A stretch of 64,000 nucleotides of DNA. Origin: a virus. Lineage: Duplodnaviria > Caudoviricetes. The stretch's first letter is position 1. Every line of letters starts with the position of its first letter. The DNA is taken from the IMG/VR virus record IMGVR_UViG_3300029305_006387, positions 3,221 to 67,220 of that record; one strand, 5' to 3'. Of this stretch, positions 34,770-44,930 are shown one piece after another. A program made the translations under genes and the position numbers. The notes under the pieces are model-generated. The model ran no database searches. It saw only the letters and a list, made by a program, of their open reading frames with translations, and was not told where the DNA came from.

Positions 34770-35434
34770 TGAAAGCGTGGGCGGCAAGAGAAAAAGACGG
34801 GTTTAGTTGTGCGGTTGTATTTGCCGAAACAAGGGGGAAGGCAAGGGCGTTAGTCGTTTTGAATTATCACAAAATCCGAGAAAACGAATTGGTCGTCGAA
34901 ACAAGCACGTGGGATAGCCCTGAAATAAAGAATTATCGGGATGTTATTTACGAACAGGCGCGTAAAGAAATCGCGGGAAAAATCGCCGAAGAGTTAAAGA
35001 CATTATTTCCAATCAGCGGAGATGTGTTTAGATTCGCAACACCCGAAAATATACAAAAGGCTGTTGACGATGTTTGTAAAAGAGTTGCGGGCGGGCAATA
35101 TGTAAACACGACTACTTTAATAGAGCTTTCCACCGAGAAAAACCCGCTTACCGTGGAACAGTTAAAGGATTTGCCCATCGGCGCGTGGATTTGTGTGGAT
35201 GCTTTGCAGGACACAAAATATGAAACTGCGGGTGTGAGATATTGGAAGAAAACACCGCAAGCAAAATTCATTCCCGACGAATTTCAATGTGGGACTATTG
35301 GGTATGGTACGGCTTATAATCTAAAAGACTACGGCACGACTTGGCTTGCGTATTTACCTGAAAAACAACCCAAAAACATTGATTTCAGCAGATTCTATGA
35401 GCTTGTCGGCTTACCCAAAGGGAAAAATTCGTAA
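34769..35434 (+). CDS. hypothetical protein
   Basis: 221 aa ORF, last of early/middle operon. Confidence 0.55.
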   Translation: MKAWAAREKDGFSCAVVFAETRGKARALVVLNYHKIRENELVVETSTWDSPEIKNYRDVIYEQARKEIAGKIAEELKTLFPISGDVFRFATPENIQKAVDDVCKRVAGGQYVNTTTLIELSTEKNPLTVEQLKDLPIGAWICVDALQDTKYETAGVRYWKKTPQAKFIPDEFQCGTIGYGTAYNLKDYGTTWLAYLPEKQPKNIDFSRFYELVGLPKGKNS

Positions 35435-35464
35435 TATTCTGCGAATTGAAATAATTTGAAAGAC

Positions 35465-35493
35465 TTGTAAAACGAATAATTCTATGCTAAAAT
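35465..35493 (+). promoter_or_regulatory. promoter of packaging/structural operon
   Basis: TTGTAA-17 nt-TAAAAT with extended TGn. Confidence 0.6.
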
Positions 35494-35630
35494 ATAAAAA
35501 GAAACTGAATATTTTAGCGAAAATTATTATTCGCCAAGTAATTGACACGATAATAGGAAACACCTTATGTGCCTACACCAACTCGCGGAATGTGAGCAGG
35601 GCATAGTGTCTTTTACAAAAAATGCGCTTT

Positions 35631-35669
35631 AACCGAGTGAGTTGAACAAACTTACTCGGTTTTTCTTTT
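35631..35669 (+). terminator. intrinsic terminator within late-operon leader
   Basis: 11-bp stem AACCGAGTGAG/CTTACTCGGTT followed by TTTCTTTTC. Confidence 0.65.
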
Positions 35670-35707
35670 CATTGCAGGAACGCAAAATTGGGCAAACGGG
35701 AGAAGAA

Positions 35708-36793
35708 ATGGAGAACAGCAGGTCATCCAAAATTAAATACATTTGCCACAAATGCGGAGCAGAGTTAAGCGAAGAGAATTGCCGAGCGGAAGGAGTGCCA
35801 TACTGCATCTTTTGCGAAAGTGAATCGTTTGAAGAGTTTGAAAAGGCAAACGGAACGCATTTGGCTTTGTATTTGAACTGTGCGCGATTTGATGTGCCAC
35901 TCCACCCGTTGCTCCTTGGAAAAGATTTTGAGCAGGAAGAGAACAAATGGTTTTCCTACATTGAACTGCTTGAAGAAAACGGTAAGCACCTTGTGAACGA
36001 ACGACCCGCAAGTTTTGCAGACGGCGAATCAAGGTTGTTGCGGATTTTTGGTAAAGATTTTACTGAAAAAGATTTTGCGAAATATATTCACTACGAAAAA
36101 GATAGGCTTTCAAAGCTCCCCGGAACTGAAAAGCAAAGGGAAATGTGGGGAACGCGTACATTGTGGCAAAATCTGCCTATGACAACGGAAGTTTACGACG
36201 AGCTTGATAGGATTTACGATGCACGTATATCGAGATACAAAGGGGTTTCGTTGGACGACACCGTGCGTGAAGTTCTCAAAAAAGTTTCAACCCTTTCTCT
36301 CGTACAAGAACATTTACGCTCGCTCGGCGATGCGGCGGGATATGATAGGGTGCAAAAGATTATCGACAGTATGCTCGCATCCGAGCAACTTCGTAGAAAA
36401 GACGAAAAACCCGTAGAGCCATTGAAAATGGATGCAATGGTCGTTGCATTGGAAGCTATGGGGCTTATGGAGAACGGTCAACTGCTTAATTACGACGAGC
36501 TTGTAGAAGTTCTCCGCGATAAATTCGTTAAGTCAAAAAAATATGCTTATTCTTTGGACGTTGCAGACCAAATGATACTCGATATTCACAATACAATGAG
36601 AAAAAATGCAGACATAGCGACATTGGTTGATTTGCCTGCTGAAATGGAACTCGTTGACGAATACGGTGAATTTGAACCCGAAGAAACGGAGCAAGAGAAA
36701 GAGAATAAGAGATTTGCGGGATTAACAAAGGTACAGTTTGAAAAGCCTGCACCCGCGCCCGCCACAAAAAAAAGTAAAGGCGGTAAAAAGTAA
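35708..36793 (+). CDS. putative terminase small subunit / packaging-associated protein with N-terminal zinc finger
   Basis: ICHKCG...CIFC; directly upstream of and overlapping large terminase, as in SPbeta-like phages. Confidence 0.55.
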   Translation: MENSRSSKIKYICHKCGAELSEENCRAEGVPYCIFCESESFEEFEKANGTHLALYLNCARFDVPLHPLLLGKDFEQEENKWFSYIELLEENGKHLVNERPASFADGESRLLRIFGKDFTEKDFAKYIHYEKDRLSKLPGTEKQREMWGTRTLWQNLPMTTEVYDELDRIYDARISRYKGVSLDDTVREVLKKVSTLSLVQEHLRSLGDAAGYDRVQKIIDSMLASEQLRRKDEKPVEPLKMDAMVVALEAMGLMENGQLLNYDELVEVLRDKFVKSKKYAYSLDVADQMILDIHNTMRKNADIATLVDLPAEMELVDEYGEFEPEETEQEKENKRFAGLTKVQFEKPAPAPATKKSKGGKK

Positions 36794-38631
36794 TGCCTAC
36801 GGGTTATTGCGGAGAAGGGCGCAAATGGAACAAAAAGATAGGTCGTTGGGAAAAGACAAAAAAAGAGCAAGCGTTTGATTACGAGAGCGTAGATAAAAAG
36901 GCGTGGGGCTTGCTTATCAGCTTTTTCCGTTTCTATCCCGATTTTTGGTATGATTTGATTCGTTCGGAAAACGCTCCGTATGGGCTTGAACTTGCGCAGA
37001 GAATTATGCTCCGGGTGCAGGCAAGATACCAAACTACGTACATAACAGGCGCGAGAGGTATTACAAAGACCTTTGTGGCGATGCTCTCCAAAGAACACGA
37101 TGGGACTTTTTATCCCGGCGAGCAAGTTCGATATTACGCCCCCGCACAGAAACAATCCGCAAAACTTGCATCGCAAGCATTCGCCGTTACAGAAAAATGC
37201 TATCCGATTGCGACGAGCTATTGGAATAAAAATAACGACAGAGCGGATATGTTCCGTATCACAACCGATTACGGGTCAGAGTTCACAATGTATGCACCGC
37301 GCGGCGACAACTTTCACGCCGTAATTGCCGAAGAAATGGCGCAAGAAGGCGGCGAAGATGGATTTAACTTTGACGACTTTGAAGAAGATGTAAAGAAAGG
37401 GCATCGTCTTGAACGAATGATAAACGGCGTAAAAGACAGAACCCGCGTACAGTTAAAGTTTAACTGTATATCGAACGCATCTTCGCGGCAAAACAAGGCG
37501 TTTACCGTCTATCGCAAGACCGCCTTAAAAGCGATGATATTCGGCGATAAATACGACGGTTTCTGTATGGATATTTCTTGGATTTCGGCTTTACTCTGCA
37601 ATTTAAGGGGCATTGCTTACTACAAGAAAGAAAAATCTACATCAACAGTAGAAGTTTGGCAACGCGAAATGGAAGCGCGGTACACGGGAACGGGCGAAAA
37701 TCCTATGCTCTCCGACGAAATATTAGCCAAAAGCAAAAAACTTATGGTTATGGAAAATCGTCATAGCGGCGACCCGAATGCTGTATATGTAGTTGCTCAC
37801 GACGTTTCCTACGAAGAAGGACAAAAGAACGCAAAGTGCGCCGACGTCGTTTGGAAATGTACAAGATATACAACCCCCGCAAAGCGCGATAAGTATCGAA
37901 AACAAGCCGTATTTGTCGATAGCTATCCACCGCCAAAAACGGAAGCATTGCAAGCGCAAAAGTTGAAAGATTTGTGGTTACGGTTTTGTATGGATGGCGG
38001 TCAAGCGACATATATCGTGGTCGATGCTCGCGCCGTCGGCAAGACGGTGGTGCAAGAGCTTATGAAACCAACGGGTGATGGAACGCCTACGCTTTGTTGC
38101 TACGACCATTGCGCGTATGCAGATATTGAACAGCCTAACGCATTGCCTATTATTTATCCGTTAAAAGCGACAAGAGCGGGTGGAACGGACGACGAAGGGC
38201 AGATGATTAGATACCTTCAGCGTGAGTGGGAGCAAGGCAATATCGAGATATTGACGACAAACGTTCTTGACGGCGTGGAAGCGTACAAAATATTTCACGG
38301 AATAAAAGATACATTCGACGACGGCAAGGTAGCACAACCCTATAAGCAAACGGAAGGGTGGTGCGAAGAAATACAAAATCTTCAAGTCAAGCCGAGCGGA
38401 ACTTCGATAAAGGAAGTTCGGAAAAGTAAAGGAAAGCAACGCGACCGACATTCGGCGGGAAAATACGGCTTACGCTTTATTAGCCTTCTTGAAGATAAAC
38501 TCGTAAAAGAAACCTACAAAAAGAAGTCGTCGTGGTCGGATGCGATTGAGCAACGGCAGATTGACATCCCACGATATGGCGGTGTGCAAAACAATACAAG
38601 AGCGAACCTACTTGCATTAAGGAGAAGATAA
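36793..38631 (+). CDS. terL: terminase large subunit
   Basis: GARGITKT (Walker A), VIAEE (Walker B), VAHDVS (RNase H-like nuclease), RDRHSA. Confidence 0.9.
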   Translation: MPTGYCGEGRKWNKKIGRWEKTKKEQAFDYESVDKKAWGLLISFFRFYPDFWYDLIRSENAPYGLELAQRIMLRVQARYQTTYITGARGITKTFVAMLSKEHDGTFYPGEQVRYYAPAQKQSAKLASQAFAVTEKCYPIATSYWNKNNDRADMFRITTDYGSEFTMYAPRGDNFHAVIAEEMAQEGGEDGFNFDDFEEDVKKGHRLERMINGVKDRTRVQLKFNCISNASSRQNKAFTVYRKTALKAMIFGDKYDGFCMDISWISALLCNLRGIAYYKKEKSTSTVEVWQREMEARYTGTGENPMLSDEILAKSKKLMVMENRHSGDPNAVYVVAHDVSYEEGQKNAKCADVVWKCTRYTTPAKRDKYRKQAVFVDSYPPPKTEALQAQKLKDLWLRFCMDGGQATYIVVDARAVGKTVVQELMKPTGDGTPTLCCYDHCAYADIEQPNALPIIYPLKATRAGGTDDEGQMIRYLQREWEQGNIEILTTNVLDGVEAYKIFHGIKDTFDDGKVAQPYKQTEGWCEEIQNLQVKPSGTSIKEVRKSKGKQRDRHSAGKYGLRFISLLEDKLVKETYKKKSSWSDAIEQRQIDIPRYGGVQNNTRANLLALRRR

Positions 38632-38942
38632 TGGAGAAATATTCGCTTTATATTGGCAGGTACAAAGATTTGTCCGAAGAGGAGTTTAGTTATTTCTCTC
38701 CAATGAGTGGGTATATGCTTGTGTATAGCCAAAAAGAAGTAGAAGGCTTAAAAAAAGTTCTTCCCGAAAAAGAAAGCAAACTTTCTTCTGATGAAAGAGC
38801 GTGGTTGACCCAAACGAAACTCACCATCAGCGCAAGACATTTCGGGCAATCTATGGAAGAGGCGACGAAAAACGCGGAGCAGTTTTTTGAACTTCTCAAA
38901 AAAGAATTAAAAGCAGAGCAAGAAAAAGTAAACAAGGGTTAG
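38631..38942 (+). CDS. hypothetical protein
   Basis: ORF between terL and portal. Confidence 0.6.
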   Translation: MEKYSLYIGRYKDLSEEEFSYFSPMSGYMLVYSQKEVEGLKKVLPEKESKLSSDERAWLTQTKLTISARHFGQSMEEATKNAEQFFELLKKELKAEQEKVNKG

Positions 38943-38943
38943 T

Positions 38944-40704
38944 ATGAACAAAACGGAGCAACAAAAACAGAATAAGAACGCGAGCGGGCAATCGGTAGCC
39001 GAAACGAAAAAGACTTCGTATTCTGCCATTCTCGAAACTCTGAATAGCATAATGTCCAATTACGGACAAGGGTTGCCCGTTGCAAATCTCTTTGGCGCAT
39101 TTTCTCGCGCGAGCGAAAGTTATGCAAATCAACCGCAGATACAGAATGCAAGAATTAAGGCAATTTCGTCCTTGCCCGTTGATTACACAAAGGAAGAGAT
39201 AGGGGAGTTTTTACGTACCCCGTATCAAAATGAACAACCCTTGCGGCAAACGAGCGAAATCTTGCGGTGGACTGCCTATCCCTATTTCAAAATCTCAAAA
39301 ACATATCAGGATATTCCCACTTATCATTATTGCGCAACGCCGTTGTATTTGACGAGCGAAGATGCAAAATCGGAAGAGTATAAGAGAGAAGAACGCTTGA
39401 TTGATAAAGTCAATAAAACTCTTCGCCCTGATATTCAAGCCCATAGGATTGCCGGGGAAGCTGTCAACCAAGGAAAAGTTTTTTATTCCTTGCGCGTAAA
39501 CGCCGACAAGGTTCACAATAAAGTGAACTATGCGTTTCTGCAACAACTTCCAACGGATTGGTGTTGGATTGTTGGGAAAAACAATTTAAGCGGATGGACT
39601 ATTTCGTTTAATATGTTTTACTTTATGCAACCGGGGACAGACCCTTTACAATACGGCGATTTATTTAAGCCTTACCTTGATGACTTCAATAGTATGTTTG
39701 AAGAACCGAAATCGAGAAAAAGGGGAGAAATGGCGGTGTACGCAAGCGTTCCCTGCAAAGGCAAAGATATTCATTTTTACCCTTGCAATATCAAGTCGAA
39801 CGCCACGGGCAATCCAAAAACATTTAAGCAAAACGGCGAGTGGTATTACTATGTAACACTCCCCGTGGACAAGGTGTATGCGTTTGAAATCGACGACACG
39901 ACACCTGCTGTTGCATCTCCTTTGAGCGGTTTAATGCTTACCTATTCGCAACAGAGCGATTATGAGGCGGCGCAGTTGAGCTTATTACTCAATCCCCTAA
40001 TTAAGATTTTCACAGGCGAAATTCCGTACTTCCAAGACAATGGAAGCACGGTGGAAGATGGCTATCGTCTTTCTCGCGGTGGAAGATTGCTCTTTGAAAC
40101 CTTATTCCAAGAGCTTATGCTTAAAAATAATACGTCGGGCGCATCGTTCTTCTCTGCTCCCGTGCAGAACATTAAGAGCCACGATTTCACGGAAAGCGCA
40201 AACGCAAACGAAATCTCTTCTTCGTTCAATAAGTACGGTATGGCAAAGGCGGGATTAAGCGGTATTATTCCCGTTGACGAAGATGTTAAAGCAGGGCAAG
40301 CAGAGATTTCCGCAAAACTTGAAAGCCGTTACTCAAATTGTATCTACAAACAGTTTGAGAGAATGATGGACAATCTCTACGAGAGCCTGAATCTTAAACA
40401 CGCTTTCAGATTTACAATGTTCGGTTCAATATATACCGACAATGAATTGCGCGAAAATCTTGAAAAGCGGGTATCGAACGGCGACACGAGCGTATATCCG
40501 TATCTTGCTGCGCTTGACGGTCAGAGTATGTTGGATAAAGTTGCGGTGATGAACGGTGTAGAGGCAAGTGGTTTCTTGGATATGCTTACACCGCCCGCGA
40601 CGTCGTACACGCAAAGCGCAGACGGTAAAACGGTGGGTCGCCCCAAAAACAAAAAGATAACGGAAGGAAATGAAAAATCTGCCGATAGCGGCAATGTAAA
40701 ATGA
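38944..40704 (+). CDS. portal protein (putative)
   Basis: 586 aa, position after terminase, helical composition. Confidence 0.7.
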   Translation: MNKTEQQKQNKNASGQSVAETKKTSYSAILETLNSIMSNYGQGLPVANLFGAFSRASESYANQPQIQNARIKAISSLPVDYTKEEIGEFLRTPYQNEQPLRQTSEILRWTAYPYFKISKTYQDIPTYHYCATPLYLTSEDAKSEEYKREERLIDKVNKTLRPDIQAHRIAGEAVNQGKVFYSLRVNADKVHNKVNYAFLQQLPTDWCWIVGKNNLSGWTISFNMFYFMQPGTDPLQYGDLFKPYLDDFNSMFEEPKSRKRGEMAVYASVPCKGKDIHFYPCNIKSNATGNPKTFKQNGEWYYYVTLPVDKVYAFEIDDTTPAVASPLSGLMLTYSQQSDYEAAQLSLLLNPLIKIFTGEIPYFQDNGSTVEDGYRLSRGGRLLFETLFQELMLKNNTSGASFFSAPVQNIKSHDFTESANANEISSSFNKYGMAKAGLSGIIPVDEDVKAGQAEISAKLESRYSNCIYKQFERMMDNLYESLNLKHAFRFTMFGSIYTDNELRENLEKRVSNGDTSVYPYLAALDGQSMLDKVAVMNGVEASGFLDMLTPPATSYTQSADGKTVGRPKNKKITEGNEKSADSGNVK

Positions 40705-40722
40705 TGCAAGGAGAATCAGATT

Positions 40723-40878
40723 ATGAAAATTAAGGCTATATTGCAAAACGAGAAAAAGGAAGTCGTGTATATCATTGCCGTAGATATGAATTTCGTTTAT
40801 TACGTAAAAAACACGGGCGAAATTGGGTATTGCAAACATTGCAAAATAAAGGTTTCCGACCCGACTTATCTCGTGTAA
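40723..40878 (+). CDS. small hypothetical protein (51 aa)
   Basis: Translated by hand MKIKAILQNEK...PTYLV*; AAGGAG SD. Confidence 0.5.
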   Translation: MKIKAILQNEKKEVVYIIAVDMNFVYYVKNTGEIGYCKHCKIKVSDPTYLV

Positions 40879-40890
40879 GGCGGTGATGAT

Positions 40891-41571
40891 ATGTCTGAAA
40901 CATTAAGACCTATGGAAGAGATACGGGCTATGATAAAAGAGAAAACAGCTCCAACGGAAGAGCCTGTGGTTGAAGAAAAAAACGGGCAGGCGGCAGAATC
41001 TCACGCCATTGTAGCCCAAGAAGATGGCAAGGCTATTACTGAATTGTCGGCTTCGGATATTCGATTAAAGGTTGATAAGTCGAAGTCGATGGAAGAGCAA
41101 GCAGAAGATATTGTTGGTGCTATGGCTACGGCAAAAGCCGTACAAAACGAAGAAACAGCCCGTGAGTTGACGGAGAAAAAATCGGAAGAATTGCTTGCAA
41201 AAGCCGAAACAAAGAAAAAGCAAGCGCAAACAGCCGAAACGAAAGCCGAAGTTGAAAAGCAAGAGGCAAATCGGAGTAAAAACGAAGCGGTTTTGCAAAC
41301 CTTTGGCATAAATAAGCATTTGCCCGATTGGTTGCTCGGTATTATGGTGTTTATTTTTTCACCGATATTCATTGTGTTGACAATCGCCATCGGTGTCCCG
41401 TGCGGGATTATCAAGGTATTTATTGACGATATAGACAATATTCTCGTTCGTTATGAAGCGGCAGATGCGAAGAATAAACCAAAAATTAAAGTTACGGTTT
41501 GGATTTTTCTCGTCTTGCTCGTTCTTGCGGCGGCAACGTTTATCGTCTTAAAATGTCTTGGAAAAATCTAA
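40891..41571 (+). CDS. coiled-coil membrane protein
   Basis: Acidic coiled coil followed by two hydrophobic segments. Confidence 0.65.
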   Translation: MSETLRPMEEIRAMIKEKTAPTEEPVVEEKNGQAAESHAIVAQEDGKAITELSASDIRLKVDKSKSMEEQAEDIVGAMATAKAVQNEETARELTEKKSEELLAKAETKKKQAQTAETKAEVEKQEANRSKNEAVLQTFGINKHLPDWLLGIMVFIFSPIFIVLTIAIGVPCGIIKVFIDDIDNILVRYEAADAKNKPKIKVTVWIFLVLLVLAAATFIVLKCLGKI

Positions 41572-41656
41572 TATGAAATAGTATCGCAGGGTTTTAGGGA
41601 AGAAAAATTGGAAAACCGCGCCGACTATAAAAAATAATAAAAGGAGAAAAAGGATT

Positions 41657-41968
41657 ATGAACTTTATTATGAGAGAACTCGAAAATAGAGAGAAACTTCT
41701 GGTTGAATACGCAGCCAAGGAGCAAAGGCGCGACGAACTCCAAGCGGAGTTGAATTGTCTTAATCAAGACCTTTCCCAAAATAGCCCCGAAACCTTGAAA
41801 GCGGAAATCGAAGAGCTGAAAGGTTACGCAATCAAGTTGGGCTTTATTCAGCCGCCCGTCGAAGATGTGCAGCCTGAATGCGCAACTCAAACAGAAGAGC
41901 TTGCGGTTGAAGAAACCGCGCCTGTGCAGGAAGAGCCTATTGCGGCTCAACCTGTTACGACAATCTAA
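41657..41968 (+). CDS. acidic coiled-coil hypothetical protein
   Basis: ORF with AAGGA SD. Confidence 0.6.
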   Translation: MNFIMRELENREKLLVEYAAKEQRRDELQAELNCLNQDLSQNSPETLKAEIEELKGYAIKLGFIQPPVEDVQPECATQTEELAVEETAPVQEEPIAAQPVTTI

Positions 41969-41981
41969 TAGGAGGTAAATT

Positions 41982-42305
41982 ATGTTGGATTGCATTAAAA
42001 ACGAACTTGTAAAAACAAGAGCGAATATCGTGGCGCAGAAACAAACAGAAATTGCCAACCAAAAGGTAAGAGCAGACCAAGAAGTTATCGCGCCCAAAGT
42101 CGCCGAATATGAAGCGGAAAAAGAAAATGCGCTTGCAGTCGCAAAAGCGAATTACGAAAAAACCGTAAATGAAATCACGGCGAGCTGTGAAGCCAAAAAA
42201 ACCGCTTTTATTCAGCAGGTAAACGCGGCGGTGGAAAGCAAGGTTGAAGAGGGGTTCAGAGCAGTTCTTGCGGTTCTCGACGAACAAATCAGCGATAAGG
42301 AGTAA
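41982..42305 (+). CDS. coiled-coil hypothetical protein
   Basis: ORF with GGAGG SD. Confidence 0.6.
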   Translation: MLDCIKNELVKTRANIVAQKQTEIANQKVRADQEVIAPKVAEYEAEKENALAVAKANYEKTVNEITASCEAKKTAFIQQVNAAVESKVEEGFRAVLAVLDEQISDKE

Positions 42306-42310
42306 GGACT

Positions 42311-42832
42311 ATGCAATGGCTCAAAGTAATTTTATACAATCAAAACATAATGATATGGATTATGGCATTGTTGGTATTTTTACTTACGCAATTATTGAAA
42401 TTCCCGATTAAGTTCTTCACGAACAAAATCAAAAAAGAAAGCACGAGAAAGGCGGTGAATTCGACGATTATGCTCCTTCCGTTCGCGCTTGGTTGCTTGG
42501 TTGAATATCTCTATTGCTATTACATACTTCATTGTGCTTTTGATTTAACCGCAGGATTTATTCTCGGCGGTCAATCTATGGCATTCTACGGCATTATCGA
42601 CCATCTTTTCGGGATTAAAATCGAAAACGAGCTTGAAACCGAAGAGGGGCAGGAAGTCTTGGAAGCAATCAGCGATGCACAAGCTGACGGGGTTGTTACC
42701 ACAGACGAAGTAAAAGACATTGCGGGAACGGCAGTAAAAGGGAAGAAAAACACGGGGAAAACCGCGAAAGCGGAAAAAGTGGAAACCCCCAAAGAGCTGC
42801 AAGAGTTTCTCAATGGCATTGATGTAAAATAA
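42311..42832 (+). CDS. holin-like membrane protein
   Basis: Three hydrophobic segments at the N-terminus, charged C-terminal tail. Confidence 0.5.
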   Translation: MQWLKVILYNQNIMIWIMALLVFLLTQLLKFPIKFFTNKIKKESTRKAVNSTIMLLPFALGCLVEYLYCYYILHCAFDLTAGFILGGQSMAFYGIIDHLFGIKIENELETEEGQEVLEAISDAQADGVVTTDEVKDIAGTAVKGKKNTGKTAKAEKVETPKELQEFLNGIDVK

Positions 42833-42881
42833 CAAAATAGCCGTGCCGCCGGGCAAAGGCGGTGCGGCAAAGGAAAGAATT

Positions 42882-44267
42882 ATGAGCGATAACAAAACCA
42901 TACAAGGAAAACTGAACGAAGTGTCTTGCGGTGGCGGTCTGTTAAAAATGCTCTCCGAAAACGACGGGTTAATCCAATATGTGGAGTTGTGGTTGATAAA
43001 CGACAAAAAGCATAGAAACAAATGGACATTCGGGAAACTGAAAGAACATTTGAACTTGCTTGCCGGCATCCCCATTCTCGTTGCGTATGTTGACGGGGAG
43101 CTTGGGAAAAAGAGCGGTCATAATTTTAGGCAAGTCCGTCAACCCGACGGCTCTGTGATTGCCACGTTTCTTGACGACGGCGCGGAGCATATAGTTGGGT
43201 TGCTCGGCAACGAAGAAGATATACGCCTTGAACATAAAGACGGCAAAGAATGGGTAGTCGCAAAAGGTAAGTTGTGGAAATGGTACGCACAGGAGTTGGT
43301 TGCCAAAATCAAGAAACAGGGGCTTGAAGGGCAACAAATCAGTATCGAAACTCTTGTTATGGACTATATTCCTGACGAAGAAAATGACCCCATTTACACA
43401 AAGTGGATGCCATTGGGTGTAACCGTTTTGGGCGACGGTGTAGAAGAAGCCGTAGCCGGGGCGAATATCCGAGCATTGTCTGCTATGGGCATTGATAAGA
43501 TTAGAGAAGAAACATTACGAGTCGCATCGGTGTACCAAGCACAAACTCAAAATCCGCAAACCAAAAATAACAAGGAGAAACAAACAATTATGAACAAGAA
43601 AAGTCTTAACAATATGTTTAAGAACTGTCAAATTCTTGGAGTTGTTGGCAGTAAGGTAGCCTTGCTTTCTTGCGATAAGCACGAGGCTTACGTTTCTTCC
43701 GTAACGAAAGACGATAGTGGTGCGTTGGTTGAAGGCGGCAAGATTGCCGTCAACGCGACTGTTGTTTTTGGGGAAGGAGAAAACGAAGTCAAGCTCGCCT
43801 TGGATTCCGTCATTGAAACATTCAAAGCGGAAAACGAAGAGCTGAAAGGTAAAATCACCGACAACGAAAAGACGATTAAGGCATTGTCCGAAACGAACGA
43901 GAAGATGAAGAGTCAAGAAACTACGCGCAGAAAAAATGCAGTAAAGACTGCAATCGATTCTCGTTTCGCGGAAATCAAGGCGAACAGCAAGGCTGATTTC
44001 GCGGACGACGAAGTGGACGACCTTAAAGCAGAAGAAAAGCTCTGTGCGTTTGCCGCTATGGAAGATAAAGACGGTGTGTTTATCGGCGAAAAAGAAGCGG
44101 TAAAAGCGGTGGATGCCCGTTGTATGGATAAGGTTATCGAAGCGGGCAAGGTAATGGCAAATTCCAAACAAAAAGCCTATGTTTGGGACGAGCAAGCGGG
44201 CGGCGGTCAATCGAAAGCCAAAGACGGTTTGGATGAGCTGATTGACGAGTTCACGAACAAAGATTAA
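42882..44267 (+). CDS. prohead protease/scaffold (putative)
   Basis: LWKWYAQE...QQISIE...GVTVLG...EA pattern, then coiled-coil scaffold; upstream of capsid genes. Confidence 0.65.
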   Translation: MSDNKTIQGKLNEVSCGGGLLKMLSENDGLIQYVELWLINDKKHRNKWTFGKLKEHLNLLAGIPILVAYVDGELGKKSGHNFRQVRQPDGSVIATFLDDGAEHIVGLLGNEEDIRLEHKDGKEWVVAKGKLWKWYAQELVAKIKKQGLEGQQISIETLVMDYIPDEENDPIYTKWMPLGVTVLGDGVEEAVAGANIRALSAMGIDKIREETLRVASVYQAQTQNPQTKNNKEKQTIMNKKSLNNMFKNCQILGVVGSKVALLSCDKHEAYVSSVTKDDSGALVEGGKIAVNATVVFGEGENEVKLALDSVIETFKAENEELKGKITDNEKTIKALSETNEKMKSQETTRRKNAVKTAIDSRFAEIKANSKADFADDEVDDLKAEEKLCAFAAMEDKDGVFIGEKEAVKAVDARCMDKVIEAGKVMANSKQKAYVWDEQAGGGQSKAKDGLDELIDEFTNKD

Positions 44268-44288
44268 CAGTAAAAGGAGAAACAGATT

Positions 44289-44912
44289 ATGGCTAAAATT
44301 GCAAATACTCGGTTTGAAGTGTATGTTTCTAATTCCAAGAGAAACGACCTTCAAAATATTACAGGCAAATTCGGCTCGTTTTCCGGTGAAACCTTTAACC
44401 CCGATGTATGTTCGGCAGGTTTCCTTTGTGTAACGTCGGGCAGACTTCCCTTGGAAGGCTACGAAAAGCACGGGATGAAAAACGGCAACTCGTGGTATAT
44501 GGTTGAGGCGGCGAACGGTAGCGTTGTAGGCTTCCCCGGCGATAAGACGGGCATTTACGCTTGCAATACATACGACGTAAACAAGGTTACGGACGGCGAA
44601 CTCGTACTCAATCTCCCCGGCAAAACGCTTGGGCTTTCCGTTCCCGCGGGGGAAAGAGCGGACTTCACCGAACTCATTGTCGGCGAATCGTACAATTTCG
44701 GTGCAGGCAATTTCAAAACACTTCCCACCAATCTTACGGCAACGCCTTACGCAACGATTTCCAACGGCTTGCTTGTTGCTACTGCAACTGCACCTACGGA
44801 CGGTAGCGTTTACGCTGAAATCATCGACATCAGCAAGAGATTTATTGAAGGCGCGTATGACGGTGGACAAAAAATCACGGTTCGCATTTTGAGAAGTGCG
44901 AAAACGGCGTAA
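44289..44912 (+). CDS. head decoration / minor capsid protein (putative)
   Basis: Beta-rich 207 aa between scaffold and major capsid. Confidence 0.55.
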   Translation: MAKIANTRFEVYVSNSKRNDLQNITGKFGSFSGETFNPDVCSAGFLCVTSGRLPLEGYEKHGMKNGNSWYMVEAANGSVVGFPGDKTGIYACNTYDVNKVTDGELVLNLPGKTLGLSVPAGERADFTELIVGESYNFGAGNFKTLPTNLTATPYATISNGLLVATATAPTDGSVYAEIIDISKRFIEGAYDGGQKITVRILRSAKTA

Positions 44913-44930
44913 TAGGAGGGAACACACATT

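Noticed and set aside
43515-44927. 470-aa minus-strand ORF, plus similar long antisense ORFs (51928..52764, 45036..45527, 63195..63896)
   Set aside because: These are antisense shadows of highly expressed structural genes with biased codon usage; they have no SD or recognisable motifs.
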